Shown here piece after piece: positions 1 through 8,790 of a stretch of 63,290 bases of DNA. Both the position numbers and the translations under genes were made by a program. Every line of letters begins with the position of its first letter. The stretch's first letter is position 1. The notes beneath the pieces were generated by a model. The model searched no databases, had not been told where the DNA came from, and worked only from the letters and a program-made list of their open reading frames with translations. Source of the stretch: Thermoanaerobaculia bacterium (GTDB lineage Bacteria; Acidobacteriota; Thermoanaerobaculia; UBA5066; Gp7-AA6); contig JBBROA010000005.1 in assembly GCA_038229875.1 (NCBI GenBank), positions 1-63,290 of the forward strand. Direction: 5' to 3'.

Positions 1-42
1 GAAGGCACGTCCCGCAGCGAGCGGAGGCGACGGTTGGCGACG
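1..42. repeat. Right end of the ~250 bp structured repeat (cut by window edge)
   Basis: ggcacgtcccgcagcgagcggaggcgacggttggcgacg matches the right ends at 6943-6984 and 22051-22095; abuts the TAA of the gene at 43. Confidence 0.8.
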
Positions 43-1914
43 TTACTTTCCCACAGCCCCGCCGTACACGGGCAGCGAGCCCGGCAACGACGGGGGGGCG
101 GGTGGGCGGCCGAGCGGGCTCGGGACGGTCTGTCCGGGCAGCGTCGGCAGGGGCACGCTTCTTCCGCGCGCGTAGACCTCGTGCCGGCCATTCTTCTTGT
201 ACCAGTCAGCCAGCGAAGCGGTCTGGAACATCTCTTCGATGATCTTCCGCCAGCCCACACCCGTGTTGTACGCGCAGAAGGAGATCTCCCCCATCTGCGT
301 CGCGTACGGGATGATGCACATCTCGGTGCGGCGGAAGTCGTAGTTGAAGAGATCCTGGAACCACATGCCGCCGATGAAGAACACGCGCCAGTCGTAACGC
401 TTCTTCTTCGAGAACCCGAGCTTGCCGCCGGTGTGGCCGTCCATGATCTGGACGACTTTCCACGGAGAGAGGCTTTTCGGGATCCCGGCGGGCTTCAAAT
501 TCCGAAGAATCGAAAGCGCCGTCTGGAACGCGGTCCACTTCTTCTGGCGCGCGGAGTCCGTGATGCCTTTGATGTCGGTCAGCATCTGGTCGACGTTCAG
601 CATCGCCGGCACGGGAACCGATTCTTTGGTCTTCGAGTCGACGAGAAGCATCGTCCCGATCCCGCAGTTGGGATGGCATCCGCACTTTAAGGACCCCCAC
701 TCGGACTCGAGCCCTCCGAGGAGGTCCTTGAGGTCCGAGAACGGGCCGGAGGCGGACAGCGGGTACCAGTCGCGCATCGGCTCGCCGATTCCTGCCTGGG
801 TCTTCGCGTCGTGCGCGAGGTGCGAGAGGGTGTAGCGCTGCTTCGCGCGGGTTTCGTCGTCGATTTCCTCGTCGCGCCCGGTGAAGGAGACTGGCTGGAA
901 CGAGACGGTGTTGATCTTGTCGATGTTCTGGATCGCGAACTTCAGGATCTCGCCGACCTGGTGGTCGTTGACGGTGTTCACGATCGTGGTCACGAGCGTG
1001 ATGTCGACGCCCGCCTTGTGGAGGTTCTCGATCGCGCGCTGCTTCACGTCGAACAGGTTCCCGACCTTGCGGTGCTCGTTCGCCGCGTTGTCGACGCCGT
1101 CGAACTGGAGATAGACGAACCGCAGCCCCGCCTCGGCGGCCTCGCGGGCGAACTCTTCCTCCTGGGCGAACCGGATTCCGTTTGTCGCCGCCTGCACGGA
1201 GAAATACCCGACCTGGCGCGCGTACCGAACCGCCTGCAGGAAATAGGGCGAGATCGTCGGCTCGCCTCCGGAGAACTGGACGGAGAGCTGCCGGCGCGGC
1301 TTGATCGACACCGCGTCGTCGAGCATCTTCTGGATGTCTTCCCACTCGAGCTCGTGGACGTAACCGACCTGATTCGCGTCCATGAAACAGGGGTTGCACA
1401 TCATGTTGCAGCGGTTGGTGAGGTCGATCGTCAGGACAGCGCCGCGGCCGTACTTGATCGACGAGGTGCCGTGCTCGTGGAGCCCGTCCTTCGGGATCAC
1501 GAAGTCGCGCCCCGGATAGAGGGACTCGAGCCGTTTGAAGAACGCGGGATCGGTGGACATGACGTCTTCGAAGTGGCCGTGCTCGGGGCAATCCTTCTTC
1601 ATGAGGATCTTGCCGTCTTCCTCGACGATCTGCGCCTTGATCTCCCCGGGGTTCCCGTCGACGAGGACCTTCCAGTCGGCCTCGCCGGACAGAATCTTCG
1701 TTCGCACTTCCGTCACGCACTTCGGACATAGGGAGTCCGTCTCGCGGGGAAACCCGAACGTCGGAAAGCTCCGTTCCTTCTGCTTCAAAAGGGGCGCAGG
1801 CGCCCATTTGGGTTGAAAGGAGTTCTGCTCGAAACGTCGATCGACGGCGCGCGTGGCGCGCCAGAATGCGTCCGCAGTGAGCCGGAGTCCTGAATAGATA
1901 GCGTTCCGCATCAT
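43..1914 (-). CDS. Radical SAM protein, tetraether synthase (Tes/GDGT-MAS, MJ0619) family homolog
   Basis: CNMMCNPC radical SAM motif, N-terminal CPKC...CPEH, FSGGEPT, YLQFDG, CHPNCG, MWFQD..NYD, C-terminal CIIPYATQMGEISFCAYN; start placed at MMRNAIY. Confidence 0.85.
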   Translation of the reverse strand: MMRNAIYSGLRLTADAFWRATRAVDRRFEQNSFQPKWAPAPLLKQKERSFPTFGFPRETDSLCPKCVTEVRTKILSGEADWKVLVDGNPGEIKAQIVEEDGKILMKKDCPEHGHFEDVMSTDPAFFKRLESLYPGRDFVIPKDGLHEHGTSSIKYGRGAVLTIDLTNRCNMMCNPCFMDANQVGYVHELEWEDIQKMLDDAVSIKPRRQLSVQFSGGEPTISPYFLQAVRYARQVGYFSVQAATNGIRFAQEEEFAREAAEAGLRFVYLQFDGVDNAANEHRKVGNLFDVKQRAIENLHKAGVDITLVTTIVNTVNDHQVGEILKFAIQNIDKINTVSFQPVSFTGRDEEIDDETRAKQRYTLSHLAHDAKTQAGIGEPMRDWYPLSASGPFSDLKDLLGGLESEWGSLKCGCHPNCGIGTMLLVDSKTKESVPVPAMLNVDQMLTDIKGITDSARQKKWTAFQTALSILRNLKPAGIPKSLSPWKVVQIMDGHTGGKLGFSKKKRYDWRVFFIGGMWFQDLFNYDFRRTEMCIIPYATQMGEISFCAYNTGVGWRKIIEEMFQTASLADWYKKNGRHEVYARGRSVPLPTLPGQTVPSPLGRPPAPPSLPGSLPVYGGAVGK

Positions 1915-1991
1915 TCGGATGCCCGGAAAGTGCCCGGGACGATCTCCTTCATTGTCGGCGGGGGAATCCCGACCGGTTTCGTTCTGCCATT

Positions 1992-3134
1992 CTATCCGAA
2001 AACTTCCAGATTCTCCGGCCGCCCGGCCATGTTCGACGCTCCCTCGAAACGCTCGGGCGAAAACGGGACCAGCTCTCGCGGCGAGACACCGAGGATCGCC
2101 TCGGCGACTCGCCGGGCCGTCACGGGAGCGAGAAGGATGCCATTGCGGAAATGGCCGGTGGCGAAAAAGAGGCCCGGTCTCCCCGACGCGCCGAGGATCG
2201 GCTGCGCGTCCTGACTGGCGGGCCTCAAGCCCGACCAGGCGTCTACGAACTCCGCTTGACGGAGCGAAGGGACCAGCCGGAAAGCCGCCTCGCACAGCGC
2301 GGCGACGGCCTCCGCGGTGACCTGTTTATGAAACCCGACGTCCTCTTCCGTGGACCCGAGGAGAAGCGACCCGTCGGCGCGGGGCACGATGTAGACGTCT
2401 GCGGACTGGACGACGCACGGCAGGGACGGCGGCCTTGCGGCCAGACGGACGATCTGTCCGCGCAGCGGCCGGACCGGTACGGGCGCCCTCTCCGGGTCGA
2501 AAGCGGCCCAGGCGCCCGCCGCATCGACGACCGCGTCCGCTTCGAACGAGCCCTGGTCGGTTTCGACCCCGGAACAGCGGCCACGCCGGATTAGAAAACG
2601 GGAGGCCGTCGCGCCGAGCACGAACCGCACGCCCCGACGTTCCGCCGAGATCCACAGCGCCCGCGTCAGGCGGCGCGGGTCCACGGATCCGTCGCGCGGG
2701 AAGAAGACGCCGCGTTCGGCGCGCGCGGAGGCGAGCCCTCCGGTGATCTGCCGGATGCGGCGCCCGTCCACCTCTTCGACCGGAAATCCAAGCTCCCGCT
2801 GAAAGAGGAAGGAGGCGAAGTCCGCCCTGCCGTCGAGATCGCAGCGGAGGACTCCCCTGTCACGCCATTCGACAGAAAGCCCGGTTTCCCGCTCGAGCTC
2901 GGCACACCATTCGGGGTAGAGGCCACGGCTCTCGGCCGCGAGGTCGAAGAACGGTCCCGGCGGCACGCCTTCCGCCTGCGGCGCGATCAATCCCGCCGCG
3001 GCGCCGGAGGCCTCCGCTCCAGGCGCGGCGCGCTCCAGAACCGTGACGCTCGCGCCGCGACGGGCGAGCTCGCGGCCGAGAGAGCATCCGATCACGCCGC
3101 CGCCGACGATCAGGACGCTCCGCGGGGAGCTCAC
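1992..3134 (-). CDS. thiO: Glycine oxidase / D-amino acid oxidase family
   Basis: GGGVIG FAD motif, ASGAAAG, WSGLRP, GHFRNGILLAP; GTG start overlaps upstream TGA. Confidence 0.85.
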   Translation of the reverse strand: MSSPRSVLIVGGGVIGCSLGRELARRGASVTVLERAAPGAEASGAAAGLIAPQAEGVPPGPFFDLAAESRGLYPEWCAELERETGLSVEWRDRGVLRCDLDGRADFASFLFQRELGFPVEEVDGRRIRQITGGLASARAERGVFFPRDGSVDPRRLTRALWISAERRGVRFVLGATASRFLIRRGRCSGVETDQGSFEADAVVDAAGAWAAFDPERAPVPVRPLRGQIVRLAARPPSLPCVVQSADVYIVPRADGSLLLGSTEEDVGFHKQVTAEAVAALCEAAFRLVPSLRQAEFVDAWSGLRPASQDAQPILGASGRPGLFFATGHFRNGILLAPVTARRVAEAILGVSPRELVPFSPERFEGASNMAGRPENLEVFG

Positions 3135-3643
3135 CGCCGCCGGCGGCGCCGCCCGAATGCGTCGCCCGCGATCCTTCCCGCGGCCCAAGCCGCGAGCGCG
3201 CCGGAAGCCGCGCCGGCAATGGCGCCCGCGTAAGGAAGGAGACCGGGCGCGCGGCGGCGGAACGAGGCGCGCGCGCCCTTCAGAAACCCGCTGCGAAACA
3301 CGAGCGCCGCACTGCCCAGAGCCAGCGCTCCCACGGCCGCGGCCGCCCTTTCGACCGCCGTCGTCTCGCGCTCGTGCGCCCGCGCGATGGCGAGGGCGAG
3401 CCGATTCAGTGTGACGACCTGAAAGGACAGGTCCGCGGCCAGCGGAATTGCGGCGAGAAATCCGGCGGGAACGGATGCGACCGCGCCCACGGCCGCGCAC
3501 CGCAGGGCGGCGCCGGCCACCAGCCGGTCGGCGACCTCTTCCGGGTCGGCATCGGGATGCCGTTCGACGATCCTGCGGATGTCGGCGTCGAGTCGTTCCT
3601 GGTCGGGTCCGAGGAGCACCGCGCGTGCGAGGTCGGCGTACAT
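3131..3643 (-). CDS. Hypothetical membrane-associated protein, possibly EcsC-like
   Basis: Ala/Gly-rich hydrophobic helices, coupled to thiO, TAAGAT 7 nt before the ATG. Confidence 0.6.
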   Translation of the reverse strand: MYADLARAVLLGPDQERLDADIRRIVERHPDADPEEVADRLVAGAALRCAAVGAVASVPAGFLAAIPLAADLSFQVVTLNRLALAIARAHERETTAVERAAAAVGALALGSAALVFRSGFLKGARASFRRRAPGLLPYAGAIAGAASGALAAWAAGRIAGDAFGRRRRRR

Positions 3644-3843
3644 GGAGGGAATCTTAACGGAGGAAAAGACGAAGCGGTGAAGGCGAAGGGCGGACAGCTC
3701 AAGGCGGGAAGGGAGTCCCAGGGAGCCTGGGGCGTCCCCCAACCCTTCGCCCTTCGCCGTTTGCCCTGCTGCTTTCGCCCGTCTCTCTCATGCGCAACCG
3801 CGTGTTATGTTTTGAAACGAGTTCTCGAAAGGAGCCTGAAACG

Positions 3844-4476
3844 ATGAGAAAGCTCGGATTTGCCCTGATGCTGCTGTGCGCGCTACCGCTCGCGCTCGCG
3901 GCGGCGCCGGCGGCGAGAAAGGGAAAGGCAAAGAAAACCGTGTCTTCCGCACCCCGCGACTACTCGAACACGCTGGCCACTCTGCAGACCGAGGCCGGCG
4001 ACATCACGATCAAGTTCTTTCACGACAAGGCCCCGAAGCACGTCGAAAACTTCATCGACCTGGCGTCGAAGGGCTTTTACGACAACACCTTCTTTCACCG
4101 CGTCATCCCCGGGTTCATGATCCAGGGAGGCGACCCCAACACGAAGGGCGCGGAGGACGCCGCGCACCGGTACGGAACCGGCGGAAACGTCGTCGGCGGC
4201 AAGGAAGCGCAGCTGAAGGCCGAGTTCAACGACACCTCCCACAAGCGCGGAATCGTTTCGATGGCGCGCTCGCAGAATCCGAATTCCGCGTCCTCGCAGT
4301 TCTTCGTCGTGGTGAAGGACTCGACATTCCTCGACAATCAGTACACGGCCTTCGGCGAAGTGGTCGCGGGGATGGACGTCGTCGACAAGATCGTCGCCGC
4401 TCCCAAGAACGCGAACGACCTGCCGAACCAGCCGACACGCGTCAAGAAAATCATGCTGACCCAGGCCAAGGGTTGA
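3844..4476 (+). CDS. Cyclophilin-type peptidyl-prolyl isomerase with signal peptide
   Basis: FHRVIPGFMIQGGDP, SMARS, SQFF, YTAFGEV; AAGGAG RBS. Confidence 0.95.
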   Translation: MRKLGFALMLLCALPLALAAAPAARKGKAKKTVSSAPRDYSNTLATLQTEAGDITIKFFHDKAPKHVENFIDLASKGFYDNTFFHRVIPGFMIQGGDPNTKGAEDAAHRYGTGGNVVGGKEAQLKAEFNDTSHKRGIVSMARSQNPNSASSQFFVVVKDSTFLDNQYTAFGEVVAGMDVVDKIVAAPKNANDLPNQPTRVKKIMLTQAKG

Positions 4477-4611
4477 GGGCTGAGGGCCGAGGGGTTGCGA
4501 GGTTGAGGCGCTGATCCTTTCAAAAAGCGGGAGGAGGTTCGAGCGGGGGACGCCGGAAGCCCGGCTCCCCCGGACGGGCCGGTTGCAATTTCCGGTCTTT
4601 CCCATTCCCCG

Positions 4612-5598
4612 GTGACCCTCCCGACCGTCCTCCCTCCCGAGTTCTCACTCCTCGCCGCGCTCGCGGAGCGCACGCATTACGAGCCGGTCTCGTGCGAGGT
4701 GCTTCCGGGCGACGTCGGCCGGAGGCGCTACGTCCGGCTCCTGCTCGCGGACAACCGCTCCGTGCTCGGCGTCGTGTATCCGCAGGAGGAGGCAGACTCG
4801 CGACGCCGCTGGTCCGCCGCGCGCGCTGCGCTCCGCGACAGGATCCGCGTGCCTCTGTTGATCGCGGACGACCAGGCGGGCAACCAGATCGTCGAAGACT
4901 TCGGCCGCATGGACCTCGCTACGAAATTCCTCCAGAGTCCCGAAGAACGGAAGGTCTGGTTGCAGCTCGCCGTCGCGGCGGGCTCGATCTTCGCCGAGAC
5001 GGAGGATCCGGGCATCAATTCCCCGTTTGACGCCGCGCTCTTCCGGCGAGAGCTGAATCTGGCCCGCGAAGCCGTTTTCGACCTTTACCTGCAGCAGCCC
5101 CTCACTGCGTCCGAGCGCGAGGTCCACGACCGCTGGGCGGAATCGCTCGCGCAGGAGATCGCCTCTCATCCTCGGGCGCTCTGCCACCGCGACTTCCACG
5201 GCAACAACCTCTTTCCCCTGGACGGGGCAGTGGCGGCGATCGACTTCCAGGACCTGCGGTCGGGCCCCGACTCCTACGACCTGGCATCTCTTCTCTGGGA
5301 GAGGACAACGCTCGACTGGATGACGGCGGAAACGGCGGAAGAGGCGATCGACGGGTTCATCCGCGCCAGAGGCATCCAGAGGGGGCCGTTTCGGCGCCGA
5401 TTCGATCGGGTCCTCCTCCAGCGGGCCTGGAAAGTCTGCGGGACCTTCGCGCGGGCGGTCGCGCAGGGCCGGGGCGAGGCGTACAAGCGGTACCTGCCGG
5501 GCGAAATCGCCCTCGTGGGGCGGCTCTTGAGCGACACCGTCGAAGATGCCACCTTCGCCCGCCTCTTTCAGGCCCGGCTGGCGCCTCTGTTAAGCTGA
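4612..5598 (+). CDS. Aminoglycoside phosphotransferase-family kinase (AmgK-like)
   Basis: GDVGRRRYVR, HRDFHGNN, IDFQD, YDLASLL. Confidence 0.8.
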   Translation: MTLPTVLPPEFSLLAALAERTHYEPVSCEVLPGDVGRRRYVRLLLADNRSVLGVVYPQEEADSRRRWSAARAALRDRIRVPLLIADDQAGNQIVEDFGRMDLATKFLQSPEERKVWLQLAVAAGSIFAETEDPGINSPFDAALFRRELNLAREAVFDLYLQQPLTASEREVHDRWAESLAQEIASHPRALCHRDFHGNNLFPLDGAVAAIDFQDLRSGPDSYDLASLLWERTTLDWMTAETAEEAIDGFIRARGIQRGPFRRRFDRVLLQRAWKVCGTFARAVAQGRGEAYKRYLPGEIALVGRLLSDTVEDATFARLFQARLAPLLS

Positions 5599-5626
5599 CG
5601 ATCCATCCTGCGAAGGAGAACCATCG

Positions 5627-5806
5627 ATGTTTGGCTCACTCGGCGTTCCCGAACTTCTGATCATCCTGCTGATCGTGATCATCATCTTCGGCGCGAACAA
5701 GCTGCCGCAGCTCGGCAAGGGAATCGGGCAGGGCATGCGCAACTTCAAGGACTCGATCAAGGACGCCGGTGTGGACGAGACGAAGCCGACGCCGCCGAAA
5801 GCGTAG
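5627..5806 (+). CDS. tatA: Twin-arginine translocase TatA/E, 59 aa (not in the ORF track)
   Basis: MFGSLGVPELLIILLIVIIIFGANKLPQLGKGIGQGMRNFK; AAGGAG RBS. Confidence 0.95.
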   Translation: MFGSLGVPELLIILLIVIIIFGANKLPQLGKGIGQGMRNFKDSIKDAGVDETKPTPPKA

Positions 5807-5810
5807 AGAA

Positions 5811-5846
5811 CCCTCCCTCTCCCTGCGGAGAGGGCTGGGTGAGAGG
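5811..5846. repeat. REP-like palindrome (CCCTCTCCC/GGAGAGGG type)
   Basis: ccctctccctgcggagagggctgggtgagagg; reverse-orientation relative of the motif at 6729-6769. Confidence 0.5.
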
Positions 5847-5963
5847 CGCTCCCGCCGACCGACTAGCGATTGAGCCGATAACCGCCGGGCCCGTCGCCGC
5901 TGCCGCACTCCGCGATTCCGCATCGCTCCTCCACCACGCGAGGAGCGAGCATCGAACGAAGGG

Positions 5964-6224
5964 CTATTTCTTCTTCTGAATATCCGGCGAGACGCGGTGC
6001 TGCTGTTTGTCGCGCGGCAGTCGGATGTTTAGGATCCCGACCTTGTTGCGGAGAGTGTTGCGGTGGATGCCGAGTGAGGAAGCGGCCCGGCCGAGGTTCC
6101 CGGAGGACCGTCGCACCGCGCCGACGATGTACTTTTTCTCGAACTCCTTCTTCGCGAGATCGAGGGAGATCCCATGCGCGAGAAGCTCGTCGATGATCTG
6201 CTGGAGTTGCCCATCCAGGTTCAC
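5964..6224 (-). CDS. Stand-alone Fis-family helix-turn-helix protein
   Basis: FEKKYI..GNLGRAASSLGIHRNTLRNK (HTH_8 pattern). Confidence 0.85.
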   Translation of the reverse strand: MNLDGQLQQIIDELLAHGISLDLAKKEFEKKYIVGAVRRSSGNLGRAASSLGIHRNTLRNKVGILNIRLPRDKQQHRVSPDIQKKK

Positions 6225-6569
6225 GTCCGCCTCCGATTAATTTTCACGCCGGGAGAGAAGGCGCGCATCTTAGCAAAGTCAGAACGCGCGACGATAGGTC
6301 GCATCCGTCATATCGCACAGGAATTTTTCGTGCCATCCGTTCGTCCGATTCCGCGAATCTGCACATGCGAAACGCGAGCCGAACGCGAGTGACCTGGACG
6401 AAAAATTTCGGGATGCGACCTCATCGCCTCACTGGGAAAGACTCGATCGGAAACCAAATAAATTTGAGAAGGCCCGCCAAAGGAATCAGCCGCCCCTCGC
6501 CGAAGAAAATCACGAGGTCGCTCGCCCAGGACATCGCGGGTCACAGCTCGAGCGTTCAGGAAATCGTCA

Positions 6570-6716
6570 CCGACAAGTCGTCCCTTGCGCCTGATCTCTT
6601 CGCACCCCACTCTCGTCGCAAAGGCCTCTTGAACCTCAGCAGGCACGGAGCACTCGTCCTGCGGCCTCACGACCCCGACCCCTAGAGGAGAGTCGGTATC
6701 GCTCAAGGCTTGTCAG
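6570..6716 (-). ncRNA. Candidate structured non-coding RNA of unknown class
   Basis: Nested stems CUGACAAG/CUUGUCGG and CUUGAGC/GUUCAAG enclosing three hairpins, one with a GUGA tetraloop; wobble pairs work on the minus strand. Confidence 0.4.
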
Positions 6717-6728
6717 GCTGGATGTCCC

Positions 6729-6984
6729 GCCCCTCACACCGGCCCTCTCCCCGGCGCGCGGGGAGATGGAGCAGAGCTGCGCTTCGGGCGAGATGGTGGT
6801 TAAGTTCGTCACGAGAGGAGTCTCCTGACCGAAGGGAAGGAGGAGCCTCTCGTGACGGGAGCCGCAGCGAACGAAGGGACGAGGCGGGCGGTGGAGGCCG
6901 CATCCGGCCGACCCGCCCGCCGGTGCCGTACGCGGCGCGAACGGCACGTCCCGCAGTGAGGGGAGGCGACGTTAGGCGACGGCC
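6729..6984. repeat. ~250 bp structured repeat, full copy A
   Basis: Colinear with 21847-22095; REP-like left end, long hairpin, multibranch stem. Confidence 0.9.
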
Positions 6985-7920
6985 TTACTTCAGTTCGACT
7001 TCGTCGCCGACCTGGAGCATCCGGCTCGAATCCGTCAGGCGGACCACGGACCAGCGATCGCCTACGTTCAGCACGGCGCCTTCGCCGAGATATGTCCGGG
7101 GAATGGACACTCCAGCCGGCGGGGGGAGCGTGACCCAGTAGGTCCCCATCGCTTTGATCCCGTACTCCCGCCCGGAGGAATACCGGTACAGGGTCAGGAA
7201 GTCGCCGGGTTGCACGCCGTCGGCGGCGCCGAGGTCCACGATCACCATCTGGTCCGCGCCGAGGGCCACGACGCCGTCGCGGCTGAACACGATCCGCCCA
7301 CGGGCTTTCCCGGACGGAAGATCGCCCGATTTCGCCATGGGCGACCTGCGGGCGAGAGGAATCGGGATCGGCTCGAACTTTTTCAAGGACGCGAACATCG
7401 GGATGTCGGTGCAGGCGCTCGTGACGTGGACGATCGCCGTCCTCGGCTCGACGCTCGACACCACAGCGCGCCCGCGATACTGGTAGAACTGCCCCATCGA
7501 GCGTTCCGTGACGGGATGGATGACGTCCTGCTCCGGCGTCACGATCCAGTACTGGTCGCCGATCCTCAGGCCCGCGTCGTATCCGCCGTCGACGTAGAGG
7601 ATGTCGTCGGTGATGTAGTCGGTCTGCTCGAAGAGATTCTCCGCGCCGTGGATGTGCAGCGGGAAGTGCTCGCGCGGTGCGCCGATGTAGCCGAAGCAGT
7701 AGACGTCGCTCTCGAAGCCGATCGGCTGCGGAGCGGACTCCGTCGTGACGGGAACGTGCCGCGGGCGCTCAACCCTCGTGACGACCGGTGTCGCACTCTG
7801 CGTCTCGGGCCCGAGCTTCGCGCCGCCGAGCGGCGCGGGTCTGGCGGTCTGCGCAATTCCCGGCGCCGACCAGATCATGGCGAGAGACAGCAGGACGTAA
7901 GAACGCGCGGGGAGGCGCAT
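6985..7920 (-). CDS. Secreted beta-rich hypothetical protein (resembles C-terminal region of LysM/TsaP-like or FlgT-C proteins)
   Basis: Signal peptide, DILYVDGG, VIVDLGAADGVQPGD, QVGDEV; AGGAG RBS. Confidence 0.65.
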   Translation of the reverse strand: MRLPARSYVLLSLAMIWSAPGIAQTARPAPLGGAKLGPETQSATPVVTRVERPRHVPVTTESAPQPIGFESDVYCFGYIGAPREHFPLHIHGAENLFEQTDYITDDILYVDGGYDAGLRIGDQYWIVTPEQDVIHPVTERSMGQFYQYRGRAVVSSVEPRTAIVHVTSACTDIPMFASLKKFEPIPIPLARRSPMAKSGDLPSGKARGRIVFSRDGVVALGADQMVIVDLGAADGVQPGDFLTLYRYSSGREYGIKAMGTYWVTLPPPAGVSIPRTYLGEGAVLNVGDRWSVVRLTDSSRMLQVGDEVELK

Positions 7921-7930
7921 GGCGGCTCCT

Positions 7931-7964
7931 AAAAAATTACGGTCAAACAGGGATTGTACCGTAA
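7931..7964 (-). terminator. Hairpin plus U6 tract after bamD
   Basis: Minus strand TTACGGT-acaatccctgtttg-ACCGTAA followed by TTTTTT. Confidence 0.45.
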
Positions 7965-7991
7965 ATTACTCGCTCTTCCTCCCGCTGTCAA
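7963..7991 (-). promoter_or_regulatory. Sigma70-type promoter in the bamD 3' end
   Basis: TTGACA-17 nt-TAATTT on the minus strand. Confidence 0.6.
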
Positions 7992-8790
7992 CGGAAGCCG
8001 TGGCCGGAGGGGGCTGCCTGGGCCCTTTCCCTCTGGCTTTCTTGACGAATTCGCTCGCCGGAAACTCCTCGAGGAGCCGGGCGTAGTACCGCGAGGCCTC
8101 CTCCTGACGGCCCAGGCGGCGCAGAACCTCCCCCTCGTAAAAGAAGAGCTTGTCGCGCCGTCCGTATTCCGGGAACCGCTCCTCGAGCGAGGCGAAGCGG
8201 GCCAGCGCGGCCCCCGGGGCTCCCTTGCGCATATAAAAATAGCCGACCGCAAACTCGTGCTCGGCGAGCAGGTCGACCAGGGCGTGGATGCGGGCATTCG
8301 CCGCCGCCGAGTGTCCCGTGTTGGGAAACTCCCGCAGGAGCGCCCGGTACTGGTCGATCGCCTCGCGGGTCGAGGTCTGGTCCCGATCCGGCTTCTCGTG
8401 CTCGCGGTCGTAGCAGACCGCGAACTGGTAGCGCGCGTAGTCGCGCTCGCTCGCCCCGGGATAGCGGTTTAAGAAGTCCCGGTAACGGAATCGCGCCTCG
8501 GTGTAGCCGGTGGTGCCTCCCTGCCGGAAGAAGGAGTCGGCGACCATGAGGAGGGCCTGCCGGCCGAGAGGGTCGTTCGGGTAGGTCTCGAAGACGAAGC
8601 TCAGGTACTTGCGCCCGGCGTCGAATTTCTTCTTCTCGATCAGCGCCTTGCCCTTCTCGAAGAGCCCCTCCTTCGGGGTCGAGAGCAGCTCGGTCGTGAT
8701 CTTGTCGGGTTTCTTGTTGCCGCTCGAAGCGCAGCCCGCGGCGATCAGCACCGCCGCCAGGATCGCCGCGAGTCTTCCTCGGATGTTCAA
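7966..8790 (-). CDS. bamD: Outer membrane assembly lipoprotein BamD
   Basis: Lipobox-like IAAGC, TPR helices, RDQTST, LAEHEFAVGYFY; TTG start with GGAGGAG. Confidence 0.9.
   Translation of the reverse strand: MNIRGRLAAILAAVLIAAGCASSGNKKPDKITTELLSTPKEGLFEKGKALIEKKKFDAGRKYLSFVFETYPNDPLGRQALLMVADSFFRQGGTTGYTEARFRYRDFLNRYPGASERDYARYQFAVCYDREHEKPDRDQTSTREAIDQYRALLREFPNTGHSAAANARIHALVDLLAEHEFAVGYFYMRKGAPGAALARFASLEERFPEYGRRDKLFFYEGEVLRRLGRQEEASRYYARLLEEFPASEFVKKARGKGPRQPPPATASVDSGRKSE

Noticed and set aside
6685-6700. GAGGAGAGTCGG resembles RNase P GAGGAAAGTCC
   Set aside because: No matching 3' conserved segment at the expected distance
6308-6706. ORFs 6308-6706 (-) and 6365-6685 (+)
   Set aside because: No recognisable motif or RBS, atypical codon use, and they overlap the structured region
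6811-6855. GAGAGGAG...CCGAAGG...CTCTC resembles a glycine riboswitch
   Set aside because: It lacks CTCTCAGG, CCGAAG is not kept in copy B, and it lies at gene 3' ends
6636-6947. Similar short ORFs in both repeat copies (MPFAPRTAP..., MRPPP..SSLRSLRLP...; also 21751-22055)
   Set aside because: The similarity comes from the DNA repeat itself; differences follow base pairing rather than codon position, and the stop positions differ
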